From NCBI GenBank assembly GCA_964016885.1, contig OZ024752.1, positions 7,874,001 through 7,938,000 on the forward strand: DNA of 64,000 nucleotides, given 5' to 3'. Origin of the DNA: Eledone cirrhosa. Its lineage: Eukaryota. The position numbers and the translations under genes were made by a program. Positions 1-11,516 of this stretch are shown piece after piece (the stretch's first letter is position 1; every line of letters begins with the position of its first letter). The notes beneath the pieces are model-generated. The model was not told the origin of the DNA. It saw only the letters and a program-made list of their open reading frames with translations, and did not search any database.

Positions 1-2
1 AC

Positions 3-116
3 CTTGAGTTAACCGATATGTGACGCCAGGTATGTTGTATTCGTTTGCTCTTTCTGTAGACTTTTCATAAATCCATTTGATATGATCTGGATCATCTCCA
101 TCAATGACAACACTCG
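3..116 (-). CDS. UBA3: UBA3 exon ([38 protein letters not shown]); gene continues left of the window
   Basis: 114 nt, tacAG acceptor, GT at positions 2-1; human [37 protein letters not shown]. Confidence 0.96.
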
Positions 117-183
117 CTGTACAATATAGAAAACATTTATTACATATGAACACTGAGTTAAGTGTTGACAAAACATACATGGG

Positions 184-1136
184 TTAACCGTTTCATTACC
201 TTATTTCTAATGAAAGACCCCGTCTATGTCATTAACCCTTTCATTACCTTATTTCTAATGAAAGATACTGTCTATGTCATTAACCCTTTCATTACCATAT
301 TTCTAATGAAAGATACTGTCTATGTCATTAACCCTTCCATTTCCATATTTCTAATAAAAGACACTGTCTATGTCTTTAACCCTTTCATTACCATATTTCT
401 AATGAAAGACACTGTCTATGTCTTTAACCCTTTCATTACCATATTTCTAATGAAAGATACTGTCTATGTCTTTAACCCTTTCATTACCATATTTCTAATG
501 AAAGACACTGTCTATGTTTTTAACCCTTTCATTACCATATTTCTAATGAAAGACACTGTCTATGTCATTAACCCTTCCATTTCCATATTTCTAATAAAAG
601 ACACTGTCTATGTCTTTAACCCTTTCATTACCATATTTCTAATGAAAGACACTGTCTATGTCTTTAACCCTTTCATTACCATATTTCTAATGAAAGACAC
701 TGTCTATGTTTTTAACCCTTTCATTACCATATTTCTAATGAAAGACACTGTCTATGTCATTAACCCTTCCATTTCCATATTTCTAATAAAAGACACTGTC
801 TATGTCTTTAACCCTTTCATTACCATATTTCTAATGAAAGACACTGTCTATGTTTTTAACCCTTTCATTACCATATTTCTCATGAAAGACACTGTCTATG
901 TCTTTAACCCTTTCATTACCATATTTCTAATAAAAGACAGTCTATGTCTTTAACCCTTTCATTACCATATTTCTAATGAAAGACACTGTCTATGTTTTTA
1001 ACCCTTTCATTACCATATTTCTCATGAAAGACACTGTCTATGTCTTTAACCCTTTCATTACCATATTTCTAATGAGAGACACTGTCTATGTCATTAACCC
1101 TTTCATTACCATATTTCTAATGAAAGAAACTGTCTA
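184..1136 (+). repeat. 48-bp minisatellite (~20 copies), tandemly amplified left end of a TTAA-CCC element whose body continues to ~1322
   Basis: Unit TTAACCCTTTCATTACCATATTTCTAATGAAAGACACTGTCTATGTCA; single related ends at ~32801 and ~33097. Confidence 0.9.
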
Positions 1137-1565
1137 GGACTTTAGAATAATTCTTCAAAATAATGAAGAATTTGGAAGAATCTTATTATTGGGTTGCTGT
1201 TTGGGACATAACTTTACAAAGGTTCTAACATGAGACTATGATGGAAGGTTTTTAGATAAATATAAATACTTTAAAATAAATAGTTTAATATTATAGAAGA
1301 AGCTGTTATCAAAAGAGTTAAGACCATATTGTCTGCCGAGTCTGCGACAGATTTCATATTCTTTAGGGGCGATTTTGAGGCAATGCTTTACAGCCAGATA
1401 TCCTTCATGTTACCAACCTTTTATGGTGCCTCTTACAACACTAGAAATATGGTAATGAAAGATTTTAACCTTTAGCATGCTAGTAACTTTTAGTTGCTTC
1501 TCTTGACACAGCATTATCCATTGAGGGGAGATTACTCTATGGGGCCCTCTGTTGCCGACAGCACG

Positions 1566-2045
1566 TTAACCCTTTACCATTTACATTACTCTATATATAC
1601 TATTGTATTTTCACAATAAAGGCTTTATCTCACATAACATTTACATTTCTCTATATATACTATTGTATTTTCATTGTAAAGGCTTTACCTCACATAATAT
1701 CTCACATAACATTTACATTACTCTATATATACTATTGTATTTTCACAGTAAAGGCTTTACCTCACATAATATCTCACACAACATTTACATTACTCTATAT
1801 ATACTATTGTATTTTCACAGTAAAGGCTTTACCTCACATAACATTTACATTACTCTATATATACTATTGTATTTTCATAGTAAAGGCTTTACCTCACATA
1901 ATGTTGAATCTATGAGATTTTGATATTATTTATTTTGAGAACAATACCTTAACATAAGTATGGGAAGCCAGTTACGGCTGGTTTGAACAGAAAGAGGTGA
2001 GAGAATTCTGGCCAGATATGGCCGGTTTAAATGCTAAAGGGTTAA
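1566..2045 (+). mobile_element. piggyBac-type MITE (TTAA-CCCTTT...AAAGGG-TTAA) with internal 60/72-bp tandem array
   Basis: TTAA on both sides, CCCTTTA terminal inverted repeats, internal CATTTACATTACTCTATATATACTATTGTATTTTCACAGTAAAGGCTTTACCTCACAT units. Confidence 0.8.
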
Positions 2046-2119
2046 AGACTAAAATGTCTGCTGTAAGAGTTTATGACTGAATTTCAAAAACTTCTAGTCG
2101 GATGTGGATGAAATGTTAC

Positions 2120-2222
2120 CTCCAAATGGTTCTTCTTTGGGCCAGAGCAGTAAACGGACATATTCTATACAATGTTCTGGAAGTCTTGGAGTGTGAGCAA
2201 TGGTACAGAGGGGGAAATTTAC
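2120..2222 (-). CDS. UBA3: UBA3 exon with catalytic cysteine ([34 protein letters not shown])
   Basis: 103 nt, tttcAG / GTAACA; PxCT catalytic motif, Cys codon at 2207-2205. Confidence 0.98.
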
Positions 2223-2602
2223 CTGAAAACAACAGAAAGTATCTTTTGTTTAGTAATAGGTGTCTTTGGAAGAAATAACCTTTTCAGGTAAACAAAAACC
2301 CAACAAAAACAAGAAATCCCTAAATTCTAAAGAGTTGTGTACAGAGAGTGTGTGTAAGTGTGTGTGAGTGTGTTTGTGTGCGTGTGAGTGTATGTGAGTG
2401 TGTGTGTGTGCATGTGTGTGAGTGTGAGTGAGTGTATGTTTGAGTGTGTGATGTATGTTTGTATATGTAATGTGTGTGTGTGTGTACGTGTATGTATATG
2501 TATGTGTGTTTCTGTGTATGTGTGTACATGTATGTATATGTATGTGTGTACGTGTATATATGTATGCGTGTGCAATATTTATAAAGGAAGTTTCCAGTAT
2601 AC

Positions 2603-2758
2603 CTGAGGTGGATAAAAATCCAAAGTACATTCAATACAGGCAGACATTCCAGGGAAGATAACTCTGGCATTCCCCTTGAACCCTTCAGTTCCACCGTCGA
2701 CCATTGGAATCACTGACGCTTGATCTAGAATACTGTCTTCATAGTTTAATAAACTTAT
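2603..2758 (-). CDS. UBA3: UBA3 exon ([52 protein letters not shown])
   Basis: 156 nt, tttcAG / [19 protein letters not shown] retains the Arg known as the NEDD8 selectivity gate; CxxC zinc motif. Confidence 0.98.
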
Positions 2759-2868
2759 CTGAAATAACAAAGATTAACCCTTCATTAACATATTTCTCAC
2801 AATTTAACTGATATGGAATTGATGTCTGATATTTTATTGGTTTATGGAATATATCAGGTAAATATAAT

Positions 2869-3476
2869 TTAACTCTTTAGCATTTAAACAGGCCATATCC
2901 GGCCAGGTTCAAACCAACCGTAACTGGCCACTCATACTGACGTTAAGGTATTGTTCTCAAAATAAATAGCATCAAAATCTCATAGATTCGATATTATGTG
3001 AGATAATTATGTGAGGTAAAGCCTTTACTACGAAAATACAATAGTATATATAGAGTAATGTAAATGTTATGTGAGGTAAAGCCTTTACTGTGAAAATACA
3101 ATAGTATATATAGAGTAATGTAAATGTTATGTGAGGTAAAGCCTTTACTGTGAAAATACAATAGTATATATAGAGTAATGTAAATGTTATGTGAGGTAAA
3201 GCCTTTACTGTGAAAATACAATAGTATATATAGAGTAATGTAAATGTTATGTGAGATATTATGTGAGGTAAAGCCTTTACTGTGAAAATACAATAGTATA
3301 TATAGAGTAATGTAAATGTTATGTGAGATATTATGTGAGGTAAAGCCTTTACTGTGAAAATACAATAGTATATATAGAGTAATGTAAATGTTATGTGAGA
3401 TATTATGTGAGGTAAAGCCTTTACTGTGAAAATACAATAGTATATATAGAGTAATGTAAATGTTATGTGAGGTTAA
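2869..3476 (-). mobile_element. Same TTAA MITE family, inverted, ~7 units
   Basis: Reverse complement of the 1566-2045 body and array. Confidence 0.8.
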
Positions 3477-3774
3477 TAGAAAAAGAAAGAAAATCTAGAT
3501 TGAGAAGAATGGAATGTAAAATAGGAAAATATAAAGAAAAAAGAAAAAAAACGGAAGGGGAGGGAAGGGCAAGAACTCTAGTGTCACAGAAGAATGAGGA
3601 GGGGGAGGATGATTGGGCTCTGGGGCTAGGGGCAGTGGTAGAGGGGCTGTGTCCCGCCGACTGACTGTAAAACCATTCCTGCAGACAATGGCCAGTGACA
3701 CTCGCTACAACAGCCACCCCACCTCGCGGGGCCCGCTGACGTTCCAATCTTGAGGAGCTCCACTGTACGGGGTC

Positions 3775-4035
3775 CAACCCAACCAAATCACATACATCAA
3801 CACTATCGAATGATCCCATTGAGACATGAAGTAGTTGATTTTTTTACCTTGGTTACACCATTACTGAAGAGGTGGGTTTTTCTGCAGTGGGTTATGATCT
3901 AAGTCAGGTGGTGTATGGAGTGGCAAACTCCAGCGCTTTATCCAAAAGGGTTGCCAAGATTGTTGGGTAGAAATCCACTATGTCAAATTGGGTGAATTTA
4001 GCTTTGTTAGTGTTGAAGGAGTTAAACCACTTGGT
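3775..4035 (-). pseudogene. Penelope-like element reverse transcriptase remnant (Naiad/Chlamys-like), frameshifted
   Basis: WFNSFNTNKAKFTQFDIVDFYPTILATLLDKALEFA, then IITHCRKTHLF...VKK, then VSMGSFDSVDVCDLVGL. Matches the pattern FIQFDIxxFYPSI...FDVTMGSYDGAEVCELVGL. Confidence 0.75.
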
Positions 4036-4114
4036 AAAAGAGTTTATACATATATATAATATATATACACACATATATACATATAGACATATATATACAC
4101 ATATATGTACACAC

Positions 4115-4155
<41 letters not shown>

Positions 4156-4335
4156 CATATACACTTACATACATATATATATATATATATAAAATCTATG
4201 TCTTGATTTTTTTTTTTTAATTGAGTTTGAATTATTTTCCCATATCTTACGTTAAATATTTTCCATTTTGACGTTATAGTCACTTATATATATTATGAAA
4301 TACTGTTGGCTTCTTGCTCACATTAATTTCTCTAT

Positions 4336-4374
<39 letters not shown>

Positions 4375-4376
<2 letters not shown>

Positions 4377-4625
4377 CAGCAGAGGATAAAAAATTCAAGT
4401 ATGTTTTGCAGTGTGAAGTCCAGAAACATGAAGTGTTCAGGATTGCAAAGCAGTGCATTAGGGACAATTATGATGTCATTGGTGGGAAGTGTGTTGGAGA
4501 TGATGAAGGCACATTTGCCCTCACAGGCGTTGAAAAGAAAGCTGAATGGAAGAGCCATTATGAGAGATTACTGAATGAGGAGAATGCATGCTAGAATGAG
4601 GCCCTACCCCAAGTGGTGGTGGACC
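4375..4625 (+). mobile_element. RTE-type LINE ORF fragment (endonuclease-RT linker)
   Basis: VFRIAKQCIRDNYDVIGGKCVGDDEG...WKSHYERLLNEEN. Confidence 0.7.
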
Positions 4626-4956
4626 CACACCCAAACACATAATTCTGCAGGACACTGAAGCTAGCGGTGTCCTGCAGAATTCTGTGTTTGGGTGTGTGCT
4701 GAATTGAACTCGCTGTGACCTTATAGCATTGTCTGCTGAGGTGGGTGGTGGACTGATGGCTGGGGAGAATCACCTAGGGTTGTAGTAATCTAGGTGGTGG
4801 TTAAGTGGTCAACTGCCCCCACCTCTGCGTCTATGCTGAGCTGTAGGGAAGTTCTACAGTTTACAAGGGAGCGGACAACCCCAGCAAAACCATAATAAAT
4901 GTTTTCAGTCCACTCCCTTGCAGCCATGATTACCATGGAAACGTAACCTTTTACGC

Positions 4957-5118
4957 AATGTTGTTGTCTGATGAAATTATGTTGTTTGATGAAATTATGT
5001 TGTTTAATGAAATTATGTTGTTGTCTGATGAAATTATGTTGTTGTCTGATGAAATTATGTTGTTGTCTGATGAAATTATGTTGTTGTCTGATGAAATCAT
5101 ATTGTTGTCTGATGAAAT
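4957..5118 (+). repeat. 21/18-bp minisatellite (ATGTTGTTGTCTGATGAAATT)
   Basis: About 8 direct copies. Confidence 0.9.
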
Positions 5119-5640
5119 CAGTTCCTTCCTCTTTGAAAGATTTATTATATTTATATGTGTATATAGGTGTGTGTGTGTATATGTACAGTATATAGGTGTG
5201 TGTGTGTGTATATGTACAGTATATAGGTGTGTGTGTGTATGTACAGTATATAGGTGTGTGTGTATATATATACAGTATATAGGTGTGTGTGTGTATGTAC
5301 AATATATAGGTGTGTGTGTATATATATATATATATGTAGAGTATATAGGTGTGTGTATATATATATATATATGTACAGTATATAGGTGTGTGTATATATA
5401 TACACAATGTATGTACAATGAGAAAAGTTGAGTCAAGAGTTGGGTGAAAGATGTGTTTAGCTTCAATAGTTTATTACCAGACATAAGTGACTATCTGGGA
5501 AGAGGGCGGGGAGGGTGGTGGTGAGAGGGGAGAGAGAAAAAACAGGAGTGTTGTATATTACCAAATAGAAAAGGATTGGTTGTTTTAGTCATAAGGAAAC
5601 AGAAGAAAACTTGTAATAAGTATTGTATATACTTTAGTAT

Positions 5641-5916
5641 TGTATATGGTATCTTCTGTATTATACAACCATGTATATGGTATCTTCTGTATTATACAAC
5701 CATGTATATGGTATCTTCTGTATTAACAACCATGTATATGGTATCTTCTGTTTTATACAACCATGTATATGGTATCTTCTGTTTTATACAACCATGTATA
5801 TGGTATCTTCTGTTTTATACAACCATGTATATGGTATCTTCTGTTTTATACAACCATGTATATGGTATCTTCTGTTTTATACAACCATGTATATGGTATC
5901 TTCTGTTTTATACAAC
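5641..5916 (+). repeat. 31-bp minisatellite
   Basis: TGTATATGGTATCTTCTGTTTTATACAACCA, ~9 copies. Confidence 0.9.
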
Positions 5917-5989
5917 TAATATATATATATATATATATAGACTTTAGGACTGTATATAGTATCTATTGTTTTATACAACCAATTTTTGA

Positions 5990-6235
5990 CAAAAAACACC
6001 CAGTGGTCATGTTGGTGCCATGATAAAAAAGCACCCAGTCCACTCTGTAAGGTGGTCATGTTGGTGCCATGATAAAAAAGCACCCAGTCCACTCTGTAAA
6101 GTGGTCATGTTGGTGCCATGATAAAAAAGCGCCCAGTCTACTCTGTAAAGTGGTCATCTTGGTGCCATGATAAAAAAGCGCCCAGTCCACTCTGTAATGT
6201 GGTTGGTGTTAAGAAAGGCATCCAACCATAAAAAT
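5990..6235 (+). repeat. 49-bp tandem repeat from the RTE/SINE 3' region
   Basis: GTGGTCATGTTGGTGCCATGATAAAAAAGCACCCAGTCCACTCTGTAAA x4, running into GGTTGGTGTTAAGAAAGGCATCCA. Confidence 0.8.
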
Positions 6236-6269
6236 GAAGCTAAAATACAGATCGATATAAACAAGTTGC

Positions 6270-7982
6270 TCTGTATTTTCACAGTAAAGTCTTTACCTCA
6301 CATAATATCTCACACACCATTTACATTACTCTATATATACTATTGTATTGTCACAGTAAAGGCTTTACCTCACATAATATCTCACACACCATTTACATTA
6401 CTCTATATATACTATTGTATTGTCACAGTAAAGGCTTTACCTCACATAATATCTCACACACCATTTACATTACTCTATATATACTATTGTATTTTCACAG
6501 TAAAGGTCTTACCTCACATAATATACCACATAACATTTACATTACTCTATATATACTATTGTATTTTCACAGTAAAGGCTTTACCTCACATAATATTTCA
6601 CATAACATTTACATTACTCTATATATACTATTGTATTTTCACAGTAAAGTCTTTCCTTCACATAATATCTCACATAACATTTACATTACTCTATATATAC
6701 TATTGTATTTTCACAGTAAAGTCTTTACCTCACATAACATTTACATTACTCTATATATACTATTGTATTGTCACAGTAAAGGCTTTACCTCACATAATCT
6801 CACATAACATTTACATTACTCTATATATACTATTGTATTGTCACAGTAAAGGCTTTACCTCACATAATATTTACATTACTCTATATATACTATTGTATTT
6901 TCACAGTAAAGGCTTACCTCACATAATATCTCACATAACATTTACATTACTCTATATATACTATTGTATTTTCACAGTAAAGGCTTTACCTCACATAATA
7001 TACCACATAACATTTACATTACTCTATATATACTATTGTATTGTCACAGTAAAGGCTTTACTTCACATAATATCTCACATAATATTTATATTACTCTATA
7101 TATATACTATTGTATTTTCACAGTAAAGTCTTTACCTCACATAATATCTCACATAACATTTACATTACTCTATATATACTATTGTATTGTCACAGTAAAG
7201 GCTTTACCTCACATAATATCTCACATAATATTTACATTACTCTATATATACTATTGTATTTTCACAGTAAAGGCTTACCTCACATAATATACCACATAAC
7301 ATTTACATTACTCTATATATACTATTGTATTTTCACAGTAAAGGCTTTACCTCACATAATATTTCACATAACATTTACATTACTCTATATATACTATTGT
7401 ATTTTCACAGTAAAGTCTTTCCTTCACATAATATCTCACATAACATTTACATTACTCTATATATACTATTGTATTTTCACAGTAAAGTCTTTACCTCACA
7501 TAACATTTACATTACTCTATATATACTATTGTATTGTCACAGTAAAGGCTTTACCTCACATAATCTCACATAACATTTACATTACTCTATATATACTATT
7601 GTATTGTCACAGTAAAGGCTTTACCTCACATAATATTTACATTACTCTATATATACTATTGTATTTTCACAGTAAAGGCTTACCTCACATAATATCTCAC
7701 ATAACATTTACATTACTCTATATATACTATTGTATTTTCACAGTAAAGGCTTTACCTCACATAATATACCACATAACATTTACATTACTCTATATATATA
7801 CTATTGTATTTTCACAGTAAAGGCTTTATCTCTCATGATATAGAATCTATGAGATTTTGATATTATTTATTGTAAGAACAATACCTTAACATCAGTATGA
7901 GTGGCCGGTTACAGCTGGTTTGAACAGAAAGAGATGAGAAAATTCTGGCCAGATATGGCTGGTTTAAATGTTAACGGGTTAA
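6270..7982 (+). mobile_element. TTAA MITE with large array (>20 units) including an internal higher-order duplication (~766-bp offset)
   Basis: Ends CGGG-TTAA at 7982; variant CACATAATCTCACATAAC recurs at ~6791 and ~7557. Confidence 0.8.
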
Positions 7983-8003
7983 AAGAAAAACCCAATTACT
8001 TAC

Positions 8004-8068
8004 CAGCATTCTGTTGATCCATCGACGGGCTACAATGGAGTCTAAACCACACACCACAACATGGAACT
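8004..8068 (-). CDS. UBA3: UBA3 exon ([22 protein letters not shown])
   Basis: 65 nt, cttcAG / GTAAGT, GLDS..ARRWIN motif. Confidence 0.97.
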
Positions 8069-8267
8069 CTGAAGAGAAAATATAGTTTATCAAATAAGTG
8101 TGGTGGGTGGGTATTGATAATGAGAGAGGGGGAGGTATTGGTAATGAGGGAGGGGGAGGTATTGATAATGAGGGAGGGGGAGGTATTGATAATGAGGGAG
8201 GGAGGGGAGATTTAGTGATAATGAGAGAGAGGGAGTTTGCCCTGTGAGGTTGGCATTAGGAAGGGCA

Positions 8268-8475
8268 TCTGATGATGGAGATGATGGTGATAGTTGTGAT
8301 GGTGGTGGTGGTGATGTTAGTGATGGTGGTGATGGTGGTGGTGATGATGATGGTGGTGGTGGTGATGATAGAGATGGTGGTGGTGGTGGTGGTGGTGGTG
8401 GTGATGATGGAGATGATGATGGTGGTGGTGGTGATGATAGAGATGATGATGTTGGTGCTGGTTGTGGTGATGATC
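8268..8475 (+). repeat. (GGT/GAT)n trinucleotide low-complexity tract
   Basis: Direct inspection. Confidence 0.9.
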
Positions 8476-8649
8476 TGCAAAACATGACTGACTGATTGAT
8501 GTACAACATAAATATAGACATACACACACATGTACACACATACATACACACATACTCACACTCACACACTCACAGATTGCTTTTTAATAAGAGAAAATAT
8601 GTTTAGACTTGAAGGGTTCAGTGAAATCTTGAGAACTTTCTAGAATTTC

Positions 8650-9305
8650 ATAGAACATTCTACAGTGTTACTATAGTGTTACTAATTATATAGAAGATTA
8701 TACAGTGTTACTATAGTGTTACTAACTATATAGAACATTCTACAGTGTTACTAACTATATAGAACATTCTACAGTGTTACTATAGTGTTACTAACTATAT
8801 AGAACATTCTACAGTGTTACTAACTATATAGAACATTCTACAGTGTTACTATAGTGTTACTAACTATATAGAACATTCTACAGTGTTACTATAGTGTTAC
8901 TAATTATATAGAAGATTATACAGTGTTACTAACTATATAGAACATTCTACAGTGTTACTATAGTGTTACTAATTATATAGAAGATTATACAGTGTTACTA
9001 ACTATATAGAACATTCTACAGTGTTACTATAGTGTTACTAATTATATAGAAGATTATACAGTGTTACTATAGTGTTACTAACTATATAGAACATTCTACA
9101 CTCAGTCAGGCTGGGGTCATTTTAGTAGAAACTAGTACAGGACAACATACTAGTCAGGTACTCAGTCAGGCTGGGGTCATTTTAGTAGAAACTAGTCAGG
9201 TACTCAGCCAAGCTGGGGTCATTTTAGTAGAAACTAGTACAGGACAACATACTAGTCAGGTACTCAGTCAGGCTGGGGTCATTTTAGTAGAAACTAGTAC
9301 AGGAT
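8650..9305 (+). repeat. Two adjacent minisatellites (AGAACATTCTACAGTGTTACTA-type, then CTCAGTCAGGCTGGGGTCATTTTAGTAGAAACTAG x4)
   Basis: Direct repeats with modular unit-length variants. Confidence 0.85.
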
Positions 9306-9354
9306 GACATGCAGATATTAGGAAATTTTAATAAGATGGTATCTTGTTACTTAC

Positions 9355-9398
9355 GTTGATAGAAGGTTTCAGGAAAGTCCTGGATCTTTGCAAAATGA
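9355..9398 (-). CDS. UBA3: UBA3 exon (HFAKIQDFPETFYQ)
   Basis: 44 nt, AC acceptor, C|GTAAGT donor; human HFNKIQDFNDTFYR. Confidence 0.94.
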
Positions 9399-9558
9399 GT
9401 AGCAATCATTAAGGAAAATATGTGTGTGTATGTCAAAACGCCACCATCAACAGTTTTGCAAGAGATGTCAACATGAATGGACCTGTTATTTTTATCTGAA
9501 GACATTTTTTCCAATTCCACCCCGCCCGTCCCCTCAATTTATCTTATTTCTCATTATT

Positions 9559-9594
9559 TCTTCTGATGAAGGACTAGCGTCCGAAACATTAAGA
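9559..9594 (+). ncRNA. Minimal type I hammerhead-like motif at the 3' end of a Penelope-like remnant
   Basis: TCTT-CTGATGA-A-GGAC tagc GTCC-GAAA-CATT-AAGA. Upstream RCQHEWTCYFYLKTFFP resembles a GIY-YIG C-terminus. Confidence 0.55.
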
Positions 9595-9835
9595 CCCTCT
9601 TGCTGTTATATCAAGCGTTAACCTAATATATCCCTTCCATATACTGTACCAATTGTGTTGTTATTTCTGTTTACCTTTTACATATGTATATATATAAATA
9701 CAAATGTGAGGAATCAAAACATATCACATACTTATCCTTTTTTCCATTCAGAGGGTTTTTTTTTTTAAATCCCAACTAACAGACTAATTCTATGTAGCCA
9801 AATACGGCATAAGCACACGTTACTACCTAATTTTC

Positions 9836-9956
9836 AAGGTATTGTTCTCAAAATAAATAATATCAAAATCTCATAGATTTGATATTATGTGAGGTAAAGC
9901 TTTTACTGCGAAAATACAATAGTATATATAGAGTAATGTAAATGGTAAAGGGTTAA
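9836..9956 (-). mobile_element. TTAA MITE, single-unit partial copy inside the U12 intron
   Basis: Ends GGTAAAGGG-TTAA. Confidence 0.75.
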
Positions 9957-10497
9957 GGTCTTGTACATTAACAAGTACAAAACAGGGAGACACGGTCACC
10001 CGGCCCAACTTGCCTCTAAATGGGACAAACCCGTCTAACCCATGCTACCGTGGAGAAAGATAGACATTAAACAATGATGATGATGATGAAAACAGCACTG
10101 TAACTGTATCACATTAAAACTTCATGTCTTTACTCTAATACTGAAAATTGTCCCAACAGTCTGTCCACTAGTAAAGATACTATAAACATTTGAATTAACA
10201 TCCATTTTTAGATATTTTCTTATCCTGTATGATTTAATAGATATTTTCTATTAAATCATTACAGGATGTTAAACGTTAATCATCATCATCATCGTTTAAC
10301 ATCCATCTTCCACGCTAGCATGGGTTAGACGGGAATTGTGCCATTGGTCGGGTGACCGTGTCTCGCTCGTACAAGACTATCTGGCAGGTTTTCTATAGCT
10401 GGATGCCCTTCCTAACACCAACCACGTTTACAGTGTGGATCAACTACATTTAATAAATTATATATATTAATAGTTTTATTTTATAAACAAAAGATAT

Positions 10498-10578
10498 GGT
10501 TTCACTTTACAGTTGGGAATTCTGGTGTTGATGAATTCTGCTGCCACTTCTGACTTGGATTTACCAACATCTTTAGGT
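10498..10578 (-). CDS. UBA3: UBA3 exon ([27 protein letters not shown]), followed by an AT donor
   Basis: 81 nt, tttcAG acceptor. Similar to human [27 protein letters not shown]. Ends CC|ATATCTTTT. Confidence 0.95.
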
Positions 10579-10649
10579 CTGAAATAGATAGAACATATAG
10601 AATTGAGGAATATTTCCAGACATTAGTAGATGGGAAAGAAATGAAGCTT

Positions 10650-10820
10650 GTATGCTCCGATGGATGAGTAATAGTTATATATGTGAACGGCAAAGCATAA
10701 ACGAACCAAAAGAGAAACTAGGCATAATAGGAATCAGATATAGTGTGCAGGAGAGGAGATTGTGTTGGTGTGGCCATGTGAAGGATGGCAGCTGTATAAA
10801 AAGGTGCAGAGTGCTCAAAG
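10650..10820 (+). mobile_element. RTE LINE 3' ORF remnant
   Basis: MLRWMSNSYICERQSINEPKEKLGIIGIRYSVQERRLCWCGHV, homologous to the 57.6-58.4 kb copy. Confidence 0.75.
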
Positions 10821-11516
10821 TCAATACTTCTACCCTAGTCTGTATACTCAATACTTCCTCCCTAGTCTGTATACTCAATACTTCCACCCCAGTCTGTCAT
10901 GTCTTACTAGCTCTATACAGATGTCTATTGTGTCTCAACAGTAAGAAGTACTCAATACTTCCTCCCTAGTCTGTCAAGGCTTACTAGCTCTATACAGACG
11001 TTTAAAATTGATTAACTAAACAAACATAAGTGTTCCCAGTTAACATCCAGTCTCTCCTCCTCCTTCTCATGGTTGTTATTTTAACAAATTCTCAAAATTG
11101 ATGAGATAATCTTGATAACAATTTTAGGCAGCAACACAATAATTTTATGGAGGAATATTTGTTAAATATACTTTAAAATAAACGGTATGATAGAACCAGG
11201 GCCAGTTTCAGGCAGTCTGGTATCAAAAGGGTTGTCTTCTTGTAAGATAAGGTGCCAAATAATTAAGGATCTACAGAAAGAGGGGAATATAAGATTTCAT
11301 CAATGTTATAGCTAATGAGAGCCCTTAAAACAGGGTCAAAACAGCAACTACACACAGGCTGCTGATCTTGTAGTTTCTACACTCCTCACACATGCACACT
11401 CACCCCCACAGACACACACTCCCCCACCTACACAGACTCACACTCCTCCCACCCCTACCCCCACACTAGTAGCAATGAGATTGAGTTTCCAACAAACCTA
11501 ACATGAATTACTTTCG

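Larger units (their letters stand above)
9399..10497 (-). other. U12-type (minor spliceosome) AT-AC intron of UBA3, 1099 nt
   Basis: 5' site ATATCTTTT, branch site TTTTCCTTAAT (+ coords 9408-9418), 3' site gctAC. The join CC|T CAT gives P-H in frame. Confidence 0.9.

Noticed and set aside
162-953. 263-aa repeat ORF, and similar MYFHSKGFTSHNI / YTVTLMSPVT ORFs elsewhere
   Set aside because: Read-through of tandem repeats whose unit length is a multiple of three.
4957-5118. Repeated CTGATGAAA as hammerhead cores
   Set aside because: No stem II, separate GAAA or cleavage helix; just a minisatellite.
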